NCBI RefSeq assembly: GCF_001457615.1
Contig: NZ_LN831024.1
Coordinates: forward strand, 4,920,001 to 4,952,000
Direction: 5' to 3'
DNA: 32,000 nt
Source: Pseudomonas aeruginosa
GTDB taxonomy: Bacteria; Pseudomonadota; Gammaproteobacteria; Pseudomonadales; Pseudomonadaceae
The notes below the pieces were generated by a model. It did no database searches. It was not told where the DNA came from and worked only from the letters and a program-made list of their open reading frames with translations. Positions 1 through 8,922 of the stretch are shown piece after piece; positions within the stretch are counted from its first letter, which is position 1, and each line of letters begins with the position of its first letter. Both the position numbers and the translations under genes were made by a program.

Positions 1-834
1 TCCGATGACCAGGTCCGTGGCTGGAGCAACGTGACCAAGGCGGTGCACGCCGCCGGCGGGCGCATCTTCCTGCAACTCTGGCACGTCGGGCGGATTTCCG
101 ATCCGCTCTACCTGAATGGCGAGCTGCCGGTGGCGCCGAGCGCCATCGCCGCCGAGGGGCACGTCAGCCTGGTGCGCCCGAAGCGTCCCTACGTCACCCC
201 GCGCGCGCTGGACACCGAGGAGATCGCCGACATCGTCGAGGCCTACCGCCAGGGCGCCGAGCGGGCCAAGGCCGCCGGCTTCGACGGCGTGGAGATCCAC
301 GGCGCCAACGGCTACCTGCTCGACCAGTTCCTCCAGGACAGCACCAACAAGCGCACCGACCGCTACGGCGGCTCCATCGAGAACCGCGCGCGCCTGCTGC
401 TGGAGGTCACCGACGCGGCGATCTCCGTATGGGGCGCCCAGCGCGTCGGCGTACACCTGGCGCCGCGTGCCGACTCCCACGACATGGGCGATTCCAACCG
501 CCTGGAAACCTTCAGCCATGTCGCCCGTGAGCTGGGCAAGCGCGGCATCGCCTTCATCTGCGCCCGCGAAGCGCAGGCCGACGACAGCATCGGCGTAGCC
601 CTGAAGAAAGCCTTCGGCGGACCCTACATCGCCAACGAGCAGTTCACCCTCGACAGCGCCAACGCCATCCTGGCCAAGGGCGACGCCGATGCGGTGGCCT
701 TCGGCGTCCCCTTCATCGCCAACCCGGACCTGGTCGAACGCCTGCGCCAGGGCGCCGAACTGAACCCGCCGCGCCCGGAAACCTTCTATACCGGCGGTAC
801 CGAAGGCTACCTGGACTATCCGACCCTGGCCTGA
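1..834 (+). CDS. xenB: 3' part of NADH:flavin oxidoreductase / Old Yellow Enzyme family (xenobiotic reductase XenB-like); start lies upstream of the window
   Basis: Open frame from base 1 (SDDQVRGWSNVTKAVHAAGG...) with OYE motifs FLQLWHVGR, AGFDGVEIHGANGYLLDQFLQDSTNKRTDRYGGSIENRARLLLEV, GGPYIANEQF and DAVAFGVPFIANPDLVERL; stop TGA at 832-834. Confidence 0.9.
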   Translation, partial: SDDQVRGWSNVTKAVHAAGGRIFLQLWHVGRISDPLYLNGELPVAPSAIAAEGHVSLVRPKRPYVTPRALDTEEIADIVEAYRQGAERAKAAGFDGVEIHGANGYLLDQFLQDSTNKRTDRYGGSIENRARLLLEVTDAAISVWGAQRVGVHLAPRADSHDMGDSNRLETFSHVARELGKRGIAFICAREAQADDSIGVALKKAFGGPYIANEQFTLDSANAILAKGDADAVAFGVPFIANPDLVERLRQGAELNPPRPETFYTGGTEGYLDYPTLA

Positions 835-893
835 TCGCGCCAGCCAGGAAGAGCCCGCCACGCTTGTCGTGGCGGGCTCTGTGCTTTGCCTGT

Positions 894-1145
894 CTAGCGC
901 AGGCGGAAATACGGCTCCGGCTCCGCGCACGGATCGCGCTGGGCGCAGCCCTTGCAACCGCCGCCGCAACCGCCCGAGCTTTGCGCAGCCACCCGCTCGA
1001 CCTTGCCGAGCGCGATCAGCCGCTCCAGGATCGCCTCCACCAGCGCCGGCGGCGCGTCCACCTGGCGGCTGAGCTGTTTCAGCCCACGCGCCTGGCCGTC
1101 TTCCAGGGCGGCGCGGATCTGCATGAGTGTCGCCATCAGTGACAT
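894..1145 (-). CDS. feoC: FeoC-like small winged-helix regulator / iron-sulfur protein of the feo operon
   Basis: 83 aa, MSLMATLMQIRAALEDGQARGLKQLSRQVDAPPALVEAILERLIALGKVERV... plus Cys-rich tail GGCGGGCKGCAQRDPC; start overlaps the feoB stop. Confidence 0.8.
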   Translation of the reverse strand: MSLMATLMQIRAALEDGQARGLKQLSRQVDAPPALVEAILERLIALGKVERVAAQSSGGCGGGCKGCAQRDPCAEPEPYFRLR

Positions 1146-3436
1146 CCTCCCTGCCCGCTCGGGGCATCGGCCATTCGGCCTGGCAGTTGCAGTACCTGCT
1201 CACGGCCGAACAGACGCAGGCAGGTCATCAGGATCAGGTTGAAGAGCAGCACCACGGCGATGGTCAGGACGCTACGCTCGGGGTGCGCGGCGAAGGTGGC
1301 GACCTGGTAGCAGAGGGTCGCCAGCGAGTAGGCGACGTTCAGCCCCCAGAGCACCGAGAAAGCCATCCAGCCCTTGCTGCTTTCCCGGGCGATCGCGCCC
1401 ATGGCGGTCACGCAGGGCACGTAGAGCAGGACGAAGACCAGATAGCTGTAGGCCGCGATGGGGCTGCCGAACTTGCTCGCCATGGTGCCCATCGAGCCGC
1501 TCTCCATGTCGCCGTCGGCCATGCTCGCCTCCACCGGGTTGGCCAGCACGCTGAGGCTGAAGGTATCGACCAGGCCGTCCCAGGTCTCGACCAGGGCGTC
1601 GCGCAGTTGCCCGGGCAGGTCGTAGCCTTCGTAGTCGAAGGCCTCGCCCTGGATCTGCTCGGCGGTGTAGAGGGTGTTCAGGGTGCCGACCACCACTTCC
1701 TTGGCCATCGCCCCGGTGACCAGGCCGACGGTGGCCTGCCAGTTGTCCGGCTGCACCCCGAGCGGCGCCAGCAGCGGAGTGAGACGCTGGCTGACGCTGG
1801 CCAGGGCGGAATGGCCGATGTCGCCCTGCACCGGCTTGCCGTCGAGGGTGATGCTGTTCAGGCCGCCGATCACCAGGCTGACCAGGATGATCACCTTGCC
1901 GGCCCGCACCACGAAGCCGCGCAGGCGCGACCAGGTCTGCAGCAGCAGGCTCTTAAGGTGTGGCACATGGTACAGCGGCAGTTCCATGACGAACGGCGAG
2001 GCCTCGCCGCGCATCAAAGTGTGCTTGAGCAACAGCCCGGTGAGGATCGCCACGACGATGCCGAGCAGGTACAGGGAGAAGATCACCAGCGCGCCGCCCT
2101 GGCCGAAGAAGGCCCCAGCGAATACGGCGAAGATCGCCAGGCGCGCGCCGCAGGACATGAACGGCGCCATCATGATGGTAATCAGCCGCTCGCGCTGCGC
2201 GTCCAGGGTCCGCGCGCCCATGATCGACGGTACGTTGCAGCCGAAACCGACGATCAGCGGCACGAACGACTTGCCCGGCAGGCCCAGCGCCTGCATCAGG
2301 CGGTCCATGACGAAGGCCGCGCGGGCCATGTAGCCGGAATCCTCGAGCAGCGAGAGGAACAGGTACATCAAGCCGATCTGCGGCACCAGCGGCAACACCG
2401 TGTTGACCCCGCCACCGATGCCCTGGGCGAGGAACACCGTGAGCCAATCGGGCAGGCCGAAGCGGATACCCAGCCACTGGATGCCGTCGATGAAGATCGC
2501 CGACGAGCCCTTGTCGAAGATCGGCTGTAGCGCCCCGCCGATGTTGATGGCGAAGAAGAACATCAGGTACATCACCAGCAGGAAGATCGGCAGACCCAGC
2601 CAGCGATTCAGGACGACCCGGTCGAGCCATTGGGTCAGCCGGTGCGGCTGAGCCTGCTGGTGGTCGCAGACCGCCGCGCAGATCTCGCCGATCAGCCGGT
2701 AGCGCGCATCGACGATCGCCAGCTCGGGCTCCTCACCGCAGCCCTGGCGCGCCTGTTCCAGGGTGGCGGGCGGCAAGCCCAGCGCCGGGCCGTTGAAGAT
2801 ATCGCCTTCCAGCGCCTGTAACGCCAGCCAGCGCGGCTCGATGGCCGAGGCCGCCGGAGCGCGCGTTTCCAGGAGGTAGCCGACCTGCGCCTGGATGGCC
2901 GGCGGGTAATCCACCGCCAGCGCCGCCTGCGGGAGCTGTAGGGAGTCGATGGCCGCCTTCAGTTCGTCGATGCCATCGGCGCGGGTGGATACCAGCGGCA
3001 CCACCGGGCAACCGAGACGCCGCGCCAGACCGTCAATGTCGATGCGGATGCGCTGGCTACGGGCGATGTCGAGCATGTTCAGCGCGACGATGCAGGGGAT
3101 GCCCATCTCCCGCAGCTGCACCGTGAGGTACAGGTTGCGCTCCAGGTTCGCCGCATCCACCACGTTGACCAGCACGTCGACTTCGCCGCTGGCGATGTAG
3201 CGGCAGGCGATCTGCTCGTCCAGCGAGGCCTGGGCGGAAACGCTGGTCAACGAATAGGTGCCGGGCAGGTCGACCAGGCGTACCGCGTGGCGGGCGGTGT
3301 GGAACGCACCCTCCTTGCGCTCCACGGTGACGCCGGCCCAGTTGCCGACCCGCTGGCGCGAGCCGGTGAGCTGGTTGAACAGGGTGGTCTTGCCGGAGTT
3401 GGGATTGCCGATCAGGCCGAGGGTCAATGCGGTCAT
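1136..3436 (-). CDS. feoB: Ferrous iron transport protein B (GTPase/permease)
   Basis: 766 aa; G1 motif GNPNSGKTTLFNQLTG, G3 DLPGTYSL, FeoB core motifs GCNVPSIMGARTL, MAPFMSCGARLAIFAVFAGAFF and VTGAMAKEVVVGTLNTLY. Confidence 0.97.
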   Translation of the reverse strand: MTALTLGLIGNPNSGKTTLFNQLTGSRQRVGNWAGVTVERKEGAFHTARHAVRLVDLPGTYSLTSVSAQASLDEQIACRYIASGEVDVLVNVVDAANLERNLYLTVQLREMGIPCIVALNMLDIARSQRIRIDIDGLARRLGCPVVPLVSTRADGIDELKAAIDSLQLPQAALAVDYPPAIQAQVGYLLETRAPAASAIEPRWLALQALEGDIFNGPALGLPPATLEQARQGCGEEPELAIVDARYRLIGEICAAVCDHQQAQPHRLTQWLDRVVLNRWLGLPIFLLVMYLMFFFAINIGGALQPIFDKGSSAIFIDGIQWLGIRFGLPDWLTVFLAQGIGGGVNTVLPLVPQIGLMYLFLSLLEDSGYMARAAFVMDRLMQALGLPGKSFVPLIVGFGCNVPSIMGARTLDAQRERLITIMMAPFMSCGARLAIFAVFAGAFFGQGGALVIFSLYLLGIVVAILTGLLLKHTLMRGEASPFVMELPLYHVPHLKSLLLQTWSRLRGFVVRAGKVIILVSLVIGGLNSITLDGKPVQGDIGHSALASVSQRLTPLLAPLGVQPDNWQATVGLVTGAMAKEVVVGTLNTLYTAEQIQGEAFDYEGYDLPGQLRDALVETWDGLVDTFSLSVLANPVEASMADGDMESGSMGTMASKFGSPIAAYSYLVFVLLYVPCVTAMGAIARESSKGWMAFSVLWGLNVAYSLATLCYQVATFAAHPERSVLTIAVVLLFNLILMTCLRLFGREQVLQLPGRMADAPSGQGGCH

Positions 3437-3453
3437 GGGGATTCCGGGCGGGG

Positions 3454-3681
3454 TCAGTCGAGCGGGACGAGGGTCAGCAGGGCGAGGTCCTTGCGCCGCA
3501 GCGCCAGGCTGGTCTGGCGGGTCTCGACCTGGATCGGGTCGCCCAGCGGGGCGATGCGCACCACGCGCAGCGCCGCGCCGGGCAGAAGCCCCATGGAGAA
3601 CAGGCGTTGGCGATAGCCGTTGCTGATGGCGGGGGAATAACCGGTGATGCGGTAGGAACGGGACGGTTGCAATGCGCTCAT
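3454..3681 (-). CDS. feoA: Ferrous iron transport protein A (SH3-like)
   Basis: 75 aa from ATG at 3681: MSALQPSRSYRITGYSPAISNGYRQRLFSMGLLPGAALRVVRIAPLGDPIQVETRQTSLALRRKDLALL; adjacent to feoB. Confidence 0.92.
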   Translation of the reverse strand: MSALQPSRSYRITGYSPAISNGYRQRLFSMGLLPGAALRVVRIAPLGDPIQVETRQTSLALRRKDLALLTLVPLD

Positions 3682-3751
3682 GGCGGATTCCAGGCAGAGG
3701 AAGGGACCAATGGCCTCCCTGGCCGGTGACCGAGAATCTAAACGACTCTCA

Positions 3752-3768
3752 CTTAAGGCTCGCTTAAG
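3752..3768. promoter_or_regulatory. Tandem CTTAAG-N5-CTTAAG (TTAAG-N6-TTAAG on both strands), candidate BqsR/PmrA-family response regulator box upstream of feoA
   Basis: Sequence cttaaggctcgcttaag read directly at 3752-3768; it lies about 70-85 bp upstream of the feoA ATG. Confidence 0.65.
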
Positions 3769-3896
3769 GACGCAGTATCGGAGTGGAGGAGCAGCGGATT
3801 CGCTGATCCAGAGCAATGGAAGCGGGGATTTTCGCCGGGCGCGGCGAACTGTCGCCGCCAGCGCCCGGTGCGACGGGCGGCTGGCGGCGCAAGGGG

Positions 3897-4733
3897 TCAG
3901 CGGGTATTGAGCTGCTGCTGCAGGTTCTGCACCTGGGCCTGGAGGGTGTTGATGTTGCGCATCACCTGGGTGCGGAAGGCGTCGAACTCGGCGGTATTGC
4001 CGCCCTGGGCCGGGCGGTTGTCGAGCTGGCTGCGCAATACCAGCAGGTCATCCTGGATACCCTTGATCGTCTGGCTCGGGTTGCCCTGCTTCTTCAGCGC
4101 CGCGACATCGCCGCCGAGGGCCTTGAGTTGCTCGTTGGTCTTGCCCAGTTCGACCTGCAGGGCTTTCAGCTTCTCCTGTTCGGCGGCCAGTGTCTGCAGC
4201 TTGCCGTCCAGTTGCGCGACCAGTTGCGCCGCGCTTTCCTGCTGGGCCTTGAGATCGCTGGCCAGTTGGTCGAGGCGTTTGCCCTGGCCGCCGAACTGGT
4301 TGCTCACATCGGCCTGCTGGCGTTCCTGGCTGCCGAGTTTCTCCTGCAGTTGCTTGACCTGCAGGCGCAGCGCCTCGCGTTCGCTGGTGACGCTGGACTC
4401 GCTGGCGACCACCTTGCCGCGAATGTCGTCGAGGCGCCCGGCGGCTTCCTCGCTGATCCTTACGAAGCTTTCCTGGGTCGCCACCAACTGCTGTTCCATC
4501 AGGCTGATTTGCTGGTGGCTCCACCAACCCACCCCGGCGAGGGCGATCAGCATCGCCCCGAGCAGGGCCCAGAGCGGGCCGGTAGAGGCCGGACGGCGCT
4601 CCTTGGTGTCGACGACCCGGCGCTGCTCCGGTTCGTAGACGTGCCGCGGGTGGTGGCCGAATTCATCACGGTCGGCAGCATCGGTGGTCAGGCTGGGCAC
4701 ATCGTCGAGTTCGTCGAAAGCATCGTTACGCAT
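3897..4733 (-). CDS. Coiled-coil protein with one N-terminal transmembrane segment
   Basis: 278 aa from ATG at 4733: MRNDAFDELDDVPSLTT...; TM segment GPLWALLGAMLIALAGVGWW followed by a long Q/L/K/E-rich coiled coil ending NINTLQAQVQNLQQQLNTR. Confidence 0.85.
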   Translation of the reverse strand: MRNDAFDELDDVPSLTTDAADRDEFGHHPRHVYEPEQRRVVDTKERRPASTGPLWALLGAMLIALAGVGWWSHQQISLMEQQLVATQESFVRISEEAAGRLDDIRGKVVASESSVTSEREALRLQVKQLQEKLGSQERQQADVSNQFGGQGKRLDQLASDLKAQQESAAQLVAQLDGKLQTLAAEQEKLKALQVELGKTNEQLKALGGDVAALKKQGNPSQTIKGIQDDLLVLRSQLDNRPAQGGNTAEFDAFRTQVMRNINTLQAQVQNLQQQLNTR

Positions 4734-5023
4734 GGTGAAAACCTGTGAAGGGGAACGGCATCCTGCCGGAGGCCTGGAGAAAGGGCCGAATGGCGCATTA
4801 TATCGGTTCGGCCCCGCCCCTTCAGCGTCTGCTCGAAGCAAATTGCCGGACCGGGGCGCTCCACCGCGAAGCCGTGCGCCCCAAGACGGAGCGAACGTTG
4901 TCCGGCACAGACCGCCGCAGGCCGCCAGCGGTTCCCCGCCCCGCACGCCGGCGCTGGTCCGCGGCCCGCATGGCACGTCGCTTGCCTGGGCATTGCCGGG
5001 CAGATTCGAGAGCCGGAGGATGC

Positions 5024-5287
5024 ATGGAGTTGAACAAATCCTTGCTGGATTGCATGCGCGCCGTGCGCCGACGCCTACGCGAGGAACAGGCGCTGGATAT
5101 CCACTTCCAGCAACGCGATGCGATCGCCGCGATGCAGGCGGCCTGCGCCCGCTCCGGCGATGCGACGACGCGGGAGCTGGGACAGCGCCTCGGCAGGCTC
5201 AGCGGGGTCGCGCTGCCGCCGGCGGAACCTTCCCTGTTGCCCGCGCAGGCGCCGAGCCGACAATACGCCGGCCCGTTGCGCGGCTGA
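5024..5287 (+). CDS. Small hypothetical protein, 87 aa
   Basis: ATG at 5024 just after GGAGGA; MELNKSLLDCMRAVRRRLREEQALDIHFQQRDAIAAMQAACARSGDATTRELGQRLGRLSGV...; balanced composition unlike the Arg/Pro-rich shadow frames; the stop abuts the convergent epimerase gene. Confidence 0.6.
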   Translation: MELNKSLLDCMRAVRRRLREEQALDIHFQQRDAIAAMQAACARSGDATTRELGQRLGRLSGVALPPAEPSLLPAQAPSRQYAGPLRG

Positions 5288-6277
5288 TCAGAGTCCCTGG
5301 GCGCGCCACCAGGCGCAGAACTCGTCGAGCGCGGTCCACAGGCTGACCCGCGGGTCGTAGTCGAGGTATTCGCGGGCGCGGTTGATGTCCAGGGTGAAGT
5401 TCTTCGCCATCACCGCCATGCCCAGGCGGAACAGCACCGGCTCCGGGCGCCCCGGCAGGATCCGGCAGACGCCTTCGTTGAGCGCCGCCAGGCCATAGCC
5501 GACGGCATACGGCAGGTGACCGCCGACCGGCGGCAGGTCGAGCTGGCGCATCACGTAGTTGACCGCATCCCAGAACGGTACCGGCTGCCCGTTGCTGATG
5601 TTGTAGACCTTGCCCAGCGCCGGCTCGCCGGCCAGCAGGCAACTGAACAGCGCGTCGTTGAGATTGTGCACGCTGGTGAAGTCGACCCGGTTCAGGCCGT
5701 TGCCGAGGATCCGCAGGCGTCCCTTGCGGTGGGCCTGGATCATTCGCGGGAAGATGCTGGTGTCGCCGGCGCCGACCACGAAGCGCGGACGCAGCGCCAA
5801 CACTTCCAGGCCCAGGTCGCGGGCGCTGAGCACCAGTTGCTCGGCCTGGTACTTGGTCGCCCCGTAATGGTCGGAAAAACGCCGGGGTACGTACTCTTCG
5901 TTCAGGTCCAGGTGGTCGCGCCCGTCGAAATAGATCGACGGCGACGACAGATGCACCAGGCGCCGCACCTTTTGCCGCATGCAGGCCTCGACGACGCTCT
6001 CGGCAAGCCCGACGTTGGCCGCCAGGAAGCGTTCGCGCGGTCCCCAGACTCCGACCGCGCCGGCACAATGCACCACCGCCTCGACATCCTCGCAGAGGCG
6101 CAGGACCAGCGCCGGGTCGGCGAGGTCGCCGGGAACGAACTCGGCGCCCCGCGCCACCAGATGCTCCACCGCGTCCGCACGACGACCGCTGACCCGTACC
6201 GACAGGCCCTGCTCCAGGGCGAAGCGAGCGAAACGCCCGCCGATGAAGCCCGTCGCCCCCGTTACCAGAATCCGCAT
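5288..6277 (-). CDS. NAD-dependent epimerase/dehydratase (3-beta-HSD-like extended SDR)
   Basis: 329 aa; MRILVTGATGFIGGRFARFALEQG (Rossmann TGxxGxxG) and catalytic YGATKYQAEQLV (YxxxK). Confidence 0.92.
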   Translation of the reverse strand: MRILVTGATGFIGGRFARFALEQGLSVRVSGRRADAVEHLVARGAEFVPGDLADPALVLRLCEDVEAVVHCAGAVGVWGPRERFLAANVGLAESVVEACMRQKVRRLVHLSSPSIYFDGRDHLDLNEEYVPRRFSDHYGATKYQAEQLVLSARDLGLEVLALRPRFVVGAGDTSIFPRMIQAHRKGRLRILGNGLNRVDFTSVHNLNDALFSCLLAGEPALGKVYNISNGQPVPFWDAVNYVMRQLDLPPVGGHLPYAVGYGLAALNEGVCRILPGRPEPVLFRLGMAVMAKNFTLDINRAREYLDYDPRVSLWTALDEFCAWWRAQGL

Positions 6278-6461
6278 TGCGTTTCTCCCGTTGTTCTTCT
6301 TGTGCCGCGACTCTAGCAACCCGGAGCCGCGCCACCACTGGCACAGCATGCCAGAACAACGACCTTGCGGGCCGCCGGCACGACTTGCGTTGGGCGACAG
6401 AAGCGGCGCTGCGCGCTACAAGGTCTAACCTGAAAGCCACCTGCACGCTGGGAGACGCACC

Positions 6462-7520
6462 ATGGCCAGTCACTGGATGATCTACGGCGCCAACGGCTAC
6501 ACCGGCCGGCTGGTCGCTGAACAGGCGCAGCGCGAGGGCCTGACGCCGCTCCTCGGCGGACGCAACCCGGCCGCCCTGCACGCCCTCGGCAGCCAGCTCG
6601 GGCTGGAGTGCCGGGTCTTCGACCTGGGGGATCCGCAGGCCTGCCGCGAAGCCCTGGACCAGGTGAAGGTGGTGGCCCATTGCGCCGGTCCGTTCTCCGC
6701 CACCAGCACGCCGATGATCGCCGCCTGCCGCGCCGCCGGCACCCACTACGTGGATATCACTGGAGAGATCGCGGTGTTCGAGCAGGCCCACGCCGGCGAC
6801 GCCGAGGCCCGCGAGGCCGGCATCGTGGTCTGCCCGGGCGTCGGCTTCGATGTGATCCCCACCGATTGCCTGGCCGCCTGCCTGAAGGAGGCGCTGCCGG
6901 ACGCGCAACGGCTGGCGCTGGGCTTCGACACCGGCAGCGGGCTTTCGACGGGAACCGCGAAGACCAGCGTCGAAGGCCTCAAGTTCGGCGGCAAGATCCG
7001 CGAGAATGGCCGCCTGCGCGACGTGCCGCTGGGCTACAAGCGCCGCGACATCGATTTCGGCCGCGGCCTGCGGCACGCCGTGACGATTCCCTGGGGCGAC
7101 GTGGCCACCGCCTACTACAGCACCGGCATCCCGGACATCGAGGTCTACCTGCCGGCGCCGCCGCTGCTGGCCCTGGGCATGCGCCTGATCGACCCGCTGC
7201 GTCCGCTGCTCGGTCGGCAACGGGTCCAGGACTGGCTCAAGGGGCAGGTCGACAAACGCATCGCCGGCCCCGACCAGGCGGCCCGCGAGCGCCTGCGCAC
7301 CTGGGTCTGGGGCGAGGCGCGCAACGCCCGCGGCGAACGCCGCACGGCGCGCCTGGAGACGGCCAACGTGTACGACCTGACCCTGCACGGCGTGCTCCTG
7401 GCAGTGCGCCACCTGCTGGACTACCAGGGTCCCGGCGGCTACTTCACGCCATCGCGGTTGCTCGGCGCGCGCTGCGTCGAATCGTTGCCCGGCTCCGGAC
7501 GAATCACCGTCATCGGCTGA
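6462..7520 (+). CDS. Saccharopine dehydrogenase-like / trans-acting enoyl reductase family protein
   Basis: 352 aa; MASHWMIYGANGYTGRLVAEQAQREGLTPLLGGRN..., VAHCAGPFSATSTPMIAACRAAGTHYVDITGEI. Confidence 0.9.
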   Translation: MASHWMIYGANGYTGRLVAEQAQREGLTPLLGGRNPAALHALGSQLGLECRVFDLGDPQACREALDQVKVVAHCAGPFSATSTPMIAACRAAGTHYVDITGEIAVFEQAHAGDAEAREAGIVVCPGVGFDVIPTDCLAACLKEALPDAQRLALGFDTGSGLSTGTAKTSVEGLKFGGKIRENGRLRDVPLGYKRRDIDFGRGLRHAVTIPWGDVATAYYSTGIPDIEVYLPAPPLLALGMRLIDPLRPLLGRQRVQDWLKGQVDKRIAGPDQAARERLRTWVWGEARNARGERRTARLETANVYDLTLHGVLLAVRHLLDYQGPGGYFTPSRLLGARCVESLPGSGRITVIG

Positions 7521-8417
7521 TCAGCCTGACACCCGCACCAAGCCGTCGCCGGCGCGGGCGAGCAGGTGCTCGGTGAGCGACGCGAGCAGTTCGCCTCCGT
7601 TGCGCCAATAGTGCCAGTACAACGGTACGTCGATGACCTGGCCGGGCAGCAGCTCGACCAGTTCGCCGCGCGCCAGCTCGCCTTGCACCTGGCGCTCCGG
7701 CACCAGGCCCCAGCCGAGACCGCCGGCGGTGAGGCGGACGAAACCTTCCGAGGACGGGCAGAGGTGGTGGATGAAACCGCCCTCGACGCCGAGGTCCTTG
7801 AGAAAGCGGTGTTGCAGCAGGTCGTCCGGGCCGAACACGATCGCCGGCACACCGGCCAGGGCGGCCGCCTCGACCCCGCGGGGAAAGTGCCGGGCAATGA
7901 AATCCGGGCTGGCCAGGCCGCGATAACGCATGGCTCCGAGCAGCAGCGAACGCGCGCCGGCCACCGGCCGCGCGCTACCGCAGACGCAGCCGGCCACTTC
8001 GCCCGCGCGCATGCGCTTGAGCCCGACCTCCTGGTCCTCCACCACAAGGTCCAGCAGCACCCGCCGCTCGGCGCAGAAATCGCCCACCGCGGCGGCCCAC
8101 CAGGTCGCCAGGCTATCGGCGTTGAGAGCGATGCGCAGGCGCTCCGGGGCACCGCCTTCATCCAGGTTCGGCACCCAGCGCTGCAGGTCGCCCTCCAGCA
8201 GCCGCACCTGCTGCACATGGTTGAGCAGGCGGCGCCCGAGATCGGTGGGATGCGGCGGCGTCTCGCGCACCAGGACCGGCTGGCCGACCCGCGCCTCGAG
8301 CAGCTTGATCCGCTGCGATACCGCCGATTGCGACAGCCCCAGCGCCTGTGCGGCGCGCTCGAAACCGCCCTGCTCCACCACCGCGGCCAGCGCGGCGAGC
8401 AACTTGTAGTCGAACAA
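7521..8417 (-). CDS. argP: LysR-family transcriptional regulator ArgP (IciA)
   Basis: 298 aa from TTG at 8417; FDYKLLAALAAVVEQGGFERAAQALGLSQSAVSQRIKLLEARVGQPVLVRETPPHPTDLGRRLLNH (HTH); next to the LysE/ArgO exporter. Confidence 0.88.
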   Translation of the reverse strand: MFDYKLLAALAAVVEQGGFERAAQALGLSQSAVSQRIKLLEARVGQPVLVRETPPHPTDLGRRLLNHVQQVRLLEGDLQRWVPNLDEGGAPERLRIALNADSLATWWAAAVGDFCAERRVLLDLVVEDQEVGLKRMRAGEVAGCVCGSARPVAGARSLLLGAMRYRGLASPDFIARHFPRGVEAAALAGVPAIVFGPDDLLQHRFLKDLGVEGGFIHHLCPSSEGFVRLTAGGLGWGLVPERQVQGELARGELVELLPGQVIDVPLYWHYWRNGGELLASLTEHLLARAGDGLVRVSG

Positions 8418-8519
8418 AATCAGTTTTCCTAATGAGAGATCAGCAGGATTCGTTTTCCTTATAAACCGCCCGCGGCCACACTCGCCAGCACTTTTCCGAT
8501 CACCCGACGCGGACCGACC

Positions 8520-8921
8520 ATGGCTGGCGAAACCTCGCTGCGCACCCTGCTGCGCACGCTCACTCCCGAACTCAATCCCGGCGACTATGTGTTCTGTACC
8601 TGCGCCGATGGCGCGCTGCCGAACGGCGCCGAGCCGCTCGCCAGCTTCCGCGAGCGCGAGGGCCTGACCCTGGTGCTCGAACGCCGGCAGGCCGAACGCC
8701 TGGGCCTGCCCTACGAATACGTGGCGGCCTGGATCACCCTGACGGTGCACTCCTCGCTGGCGGCGGTGGGCCTGACCGCCGCCTTCGCCACGGCGCTGGC
8801 CGAAGCCGGGATCAGTTGCAACGTGATGGCCGGCTATTTCCACGACCACCTGTTCGTCGCCCGCGACGAGGGCCGGCGCGCCCTCGCCGTGCTCCAGCGG
8901 CTGGCGGCGGAGGCACACTGA
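8520..8921 (+). CDS. ACT-domain-like conserved protein, 133 aa
   Basis: MAGETSLRTLLRTLTPELNPGDYVFCT...AAWITLTVHSSLAAVGLTAAFATALAEAGISCNVMAGYFHDHLFV; ACT-like ligand-binding pattern. Confidence 0.8.
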   Translation: MAGETSLRTLLRTLTPELNPGDYVFCTCADGALPNGAEPLASFREREGLTLVLERRQAERLGLPYEYVAAWITLTVHSSLAAVGLTAAFATALAEAGISCNVMAGYFHDHLFVARDEGRRALAVLQRLAAEAH

Positions 8922-8922
8922 C

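Noticed and set aside
1127-2530. 467 aa plus-strand ORF antisense to feoB
   Set aside because: Antisense shadow of a highly conserved 766 aa FeoB; no recognisable motifs.
3854-3888. GCCGCCAGCGCCC / GGGCGGCTGGCGGC inverted repeat after the coiled-coil protein gene
   Set aside because: Imperfect stem without a T-tract on the relevant strand. It may be a weak hairpin but is not supportable as an intrinsic terminator or mobile repeat.
5199-7412. 737 aa minus-strand ORF
   Set aside because: Antisense shadow of the saccharopine-dehydrogenase-like gene, running out of frame over the epimerase; composition is typical of GC-rich spurious ORFs.
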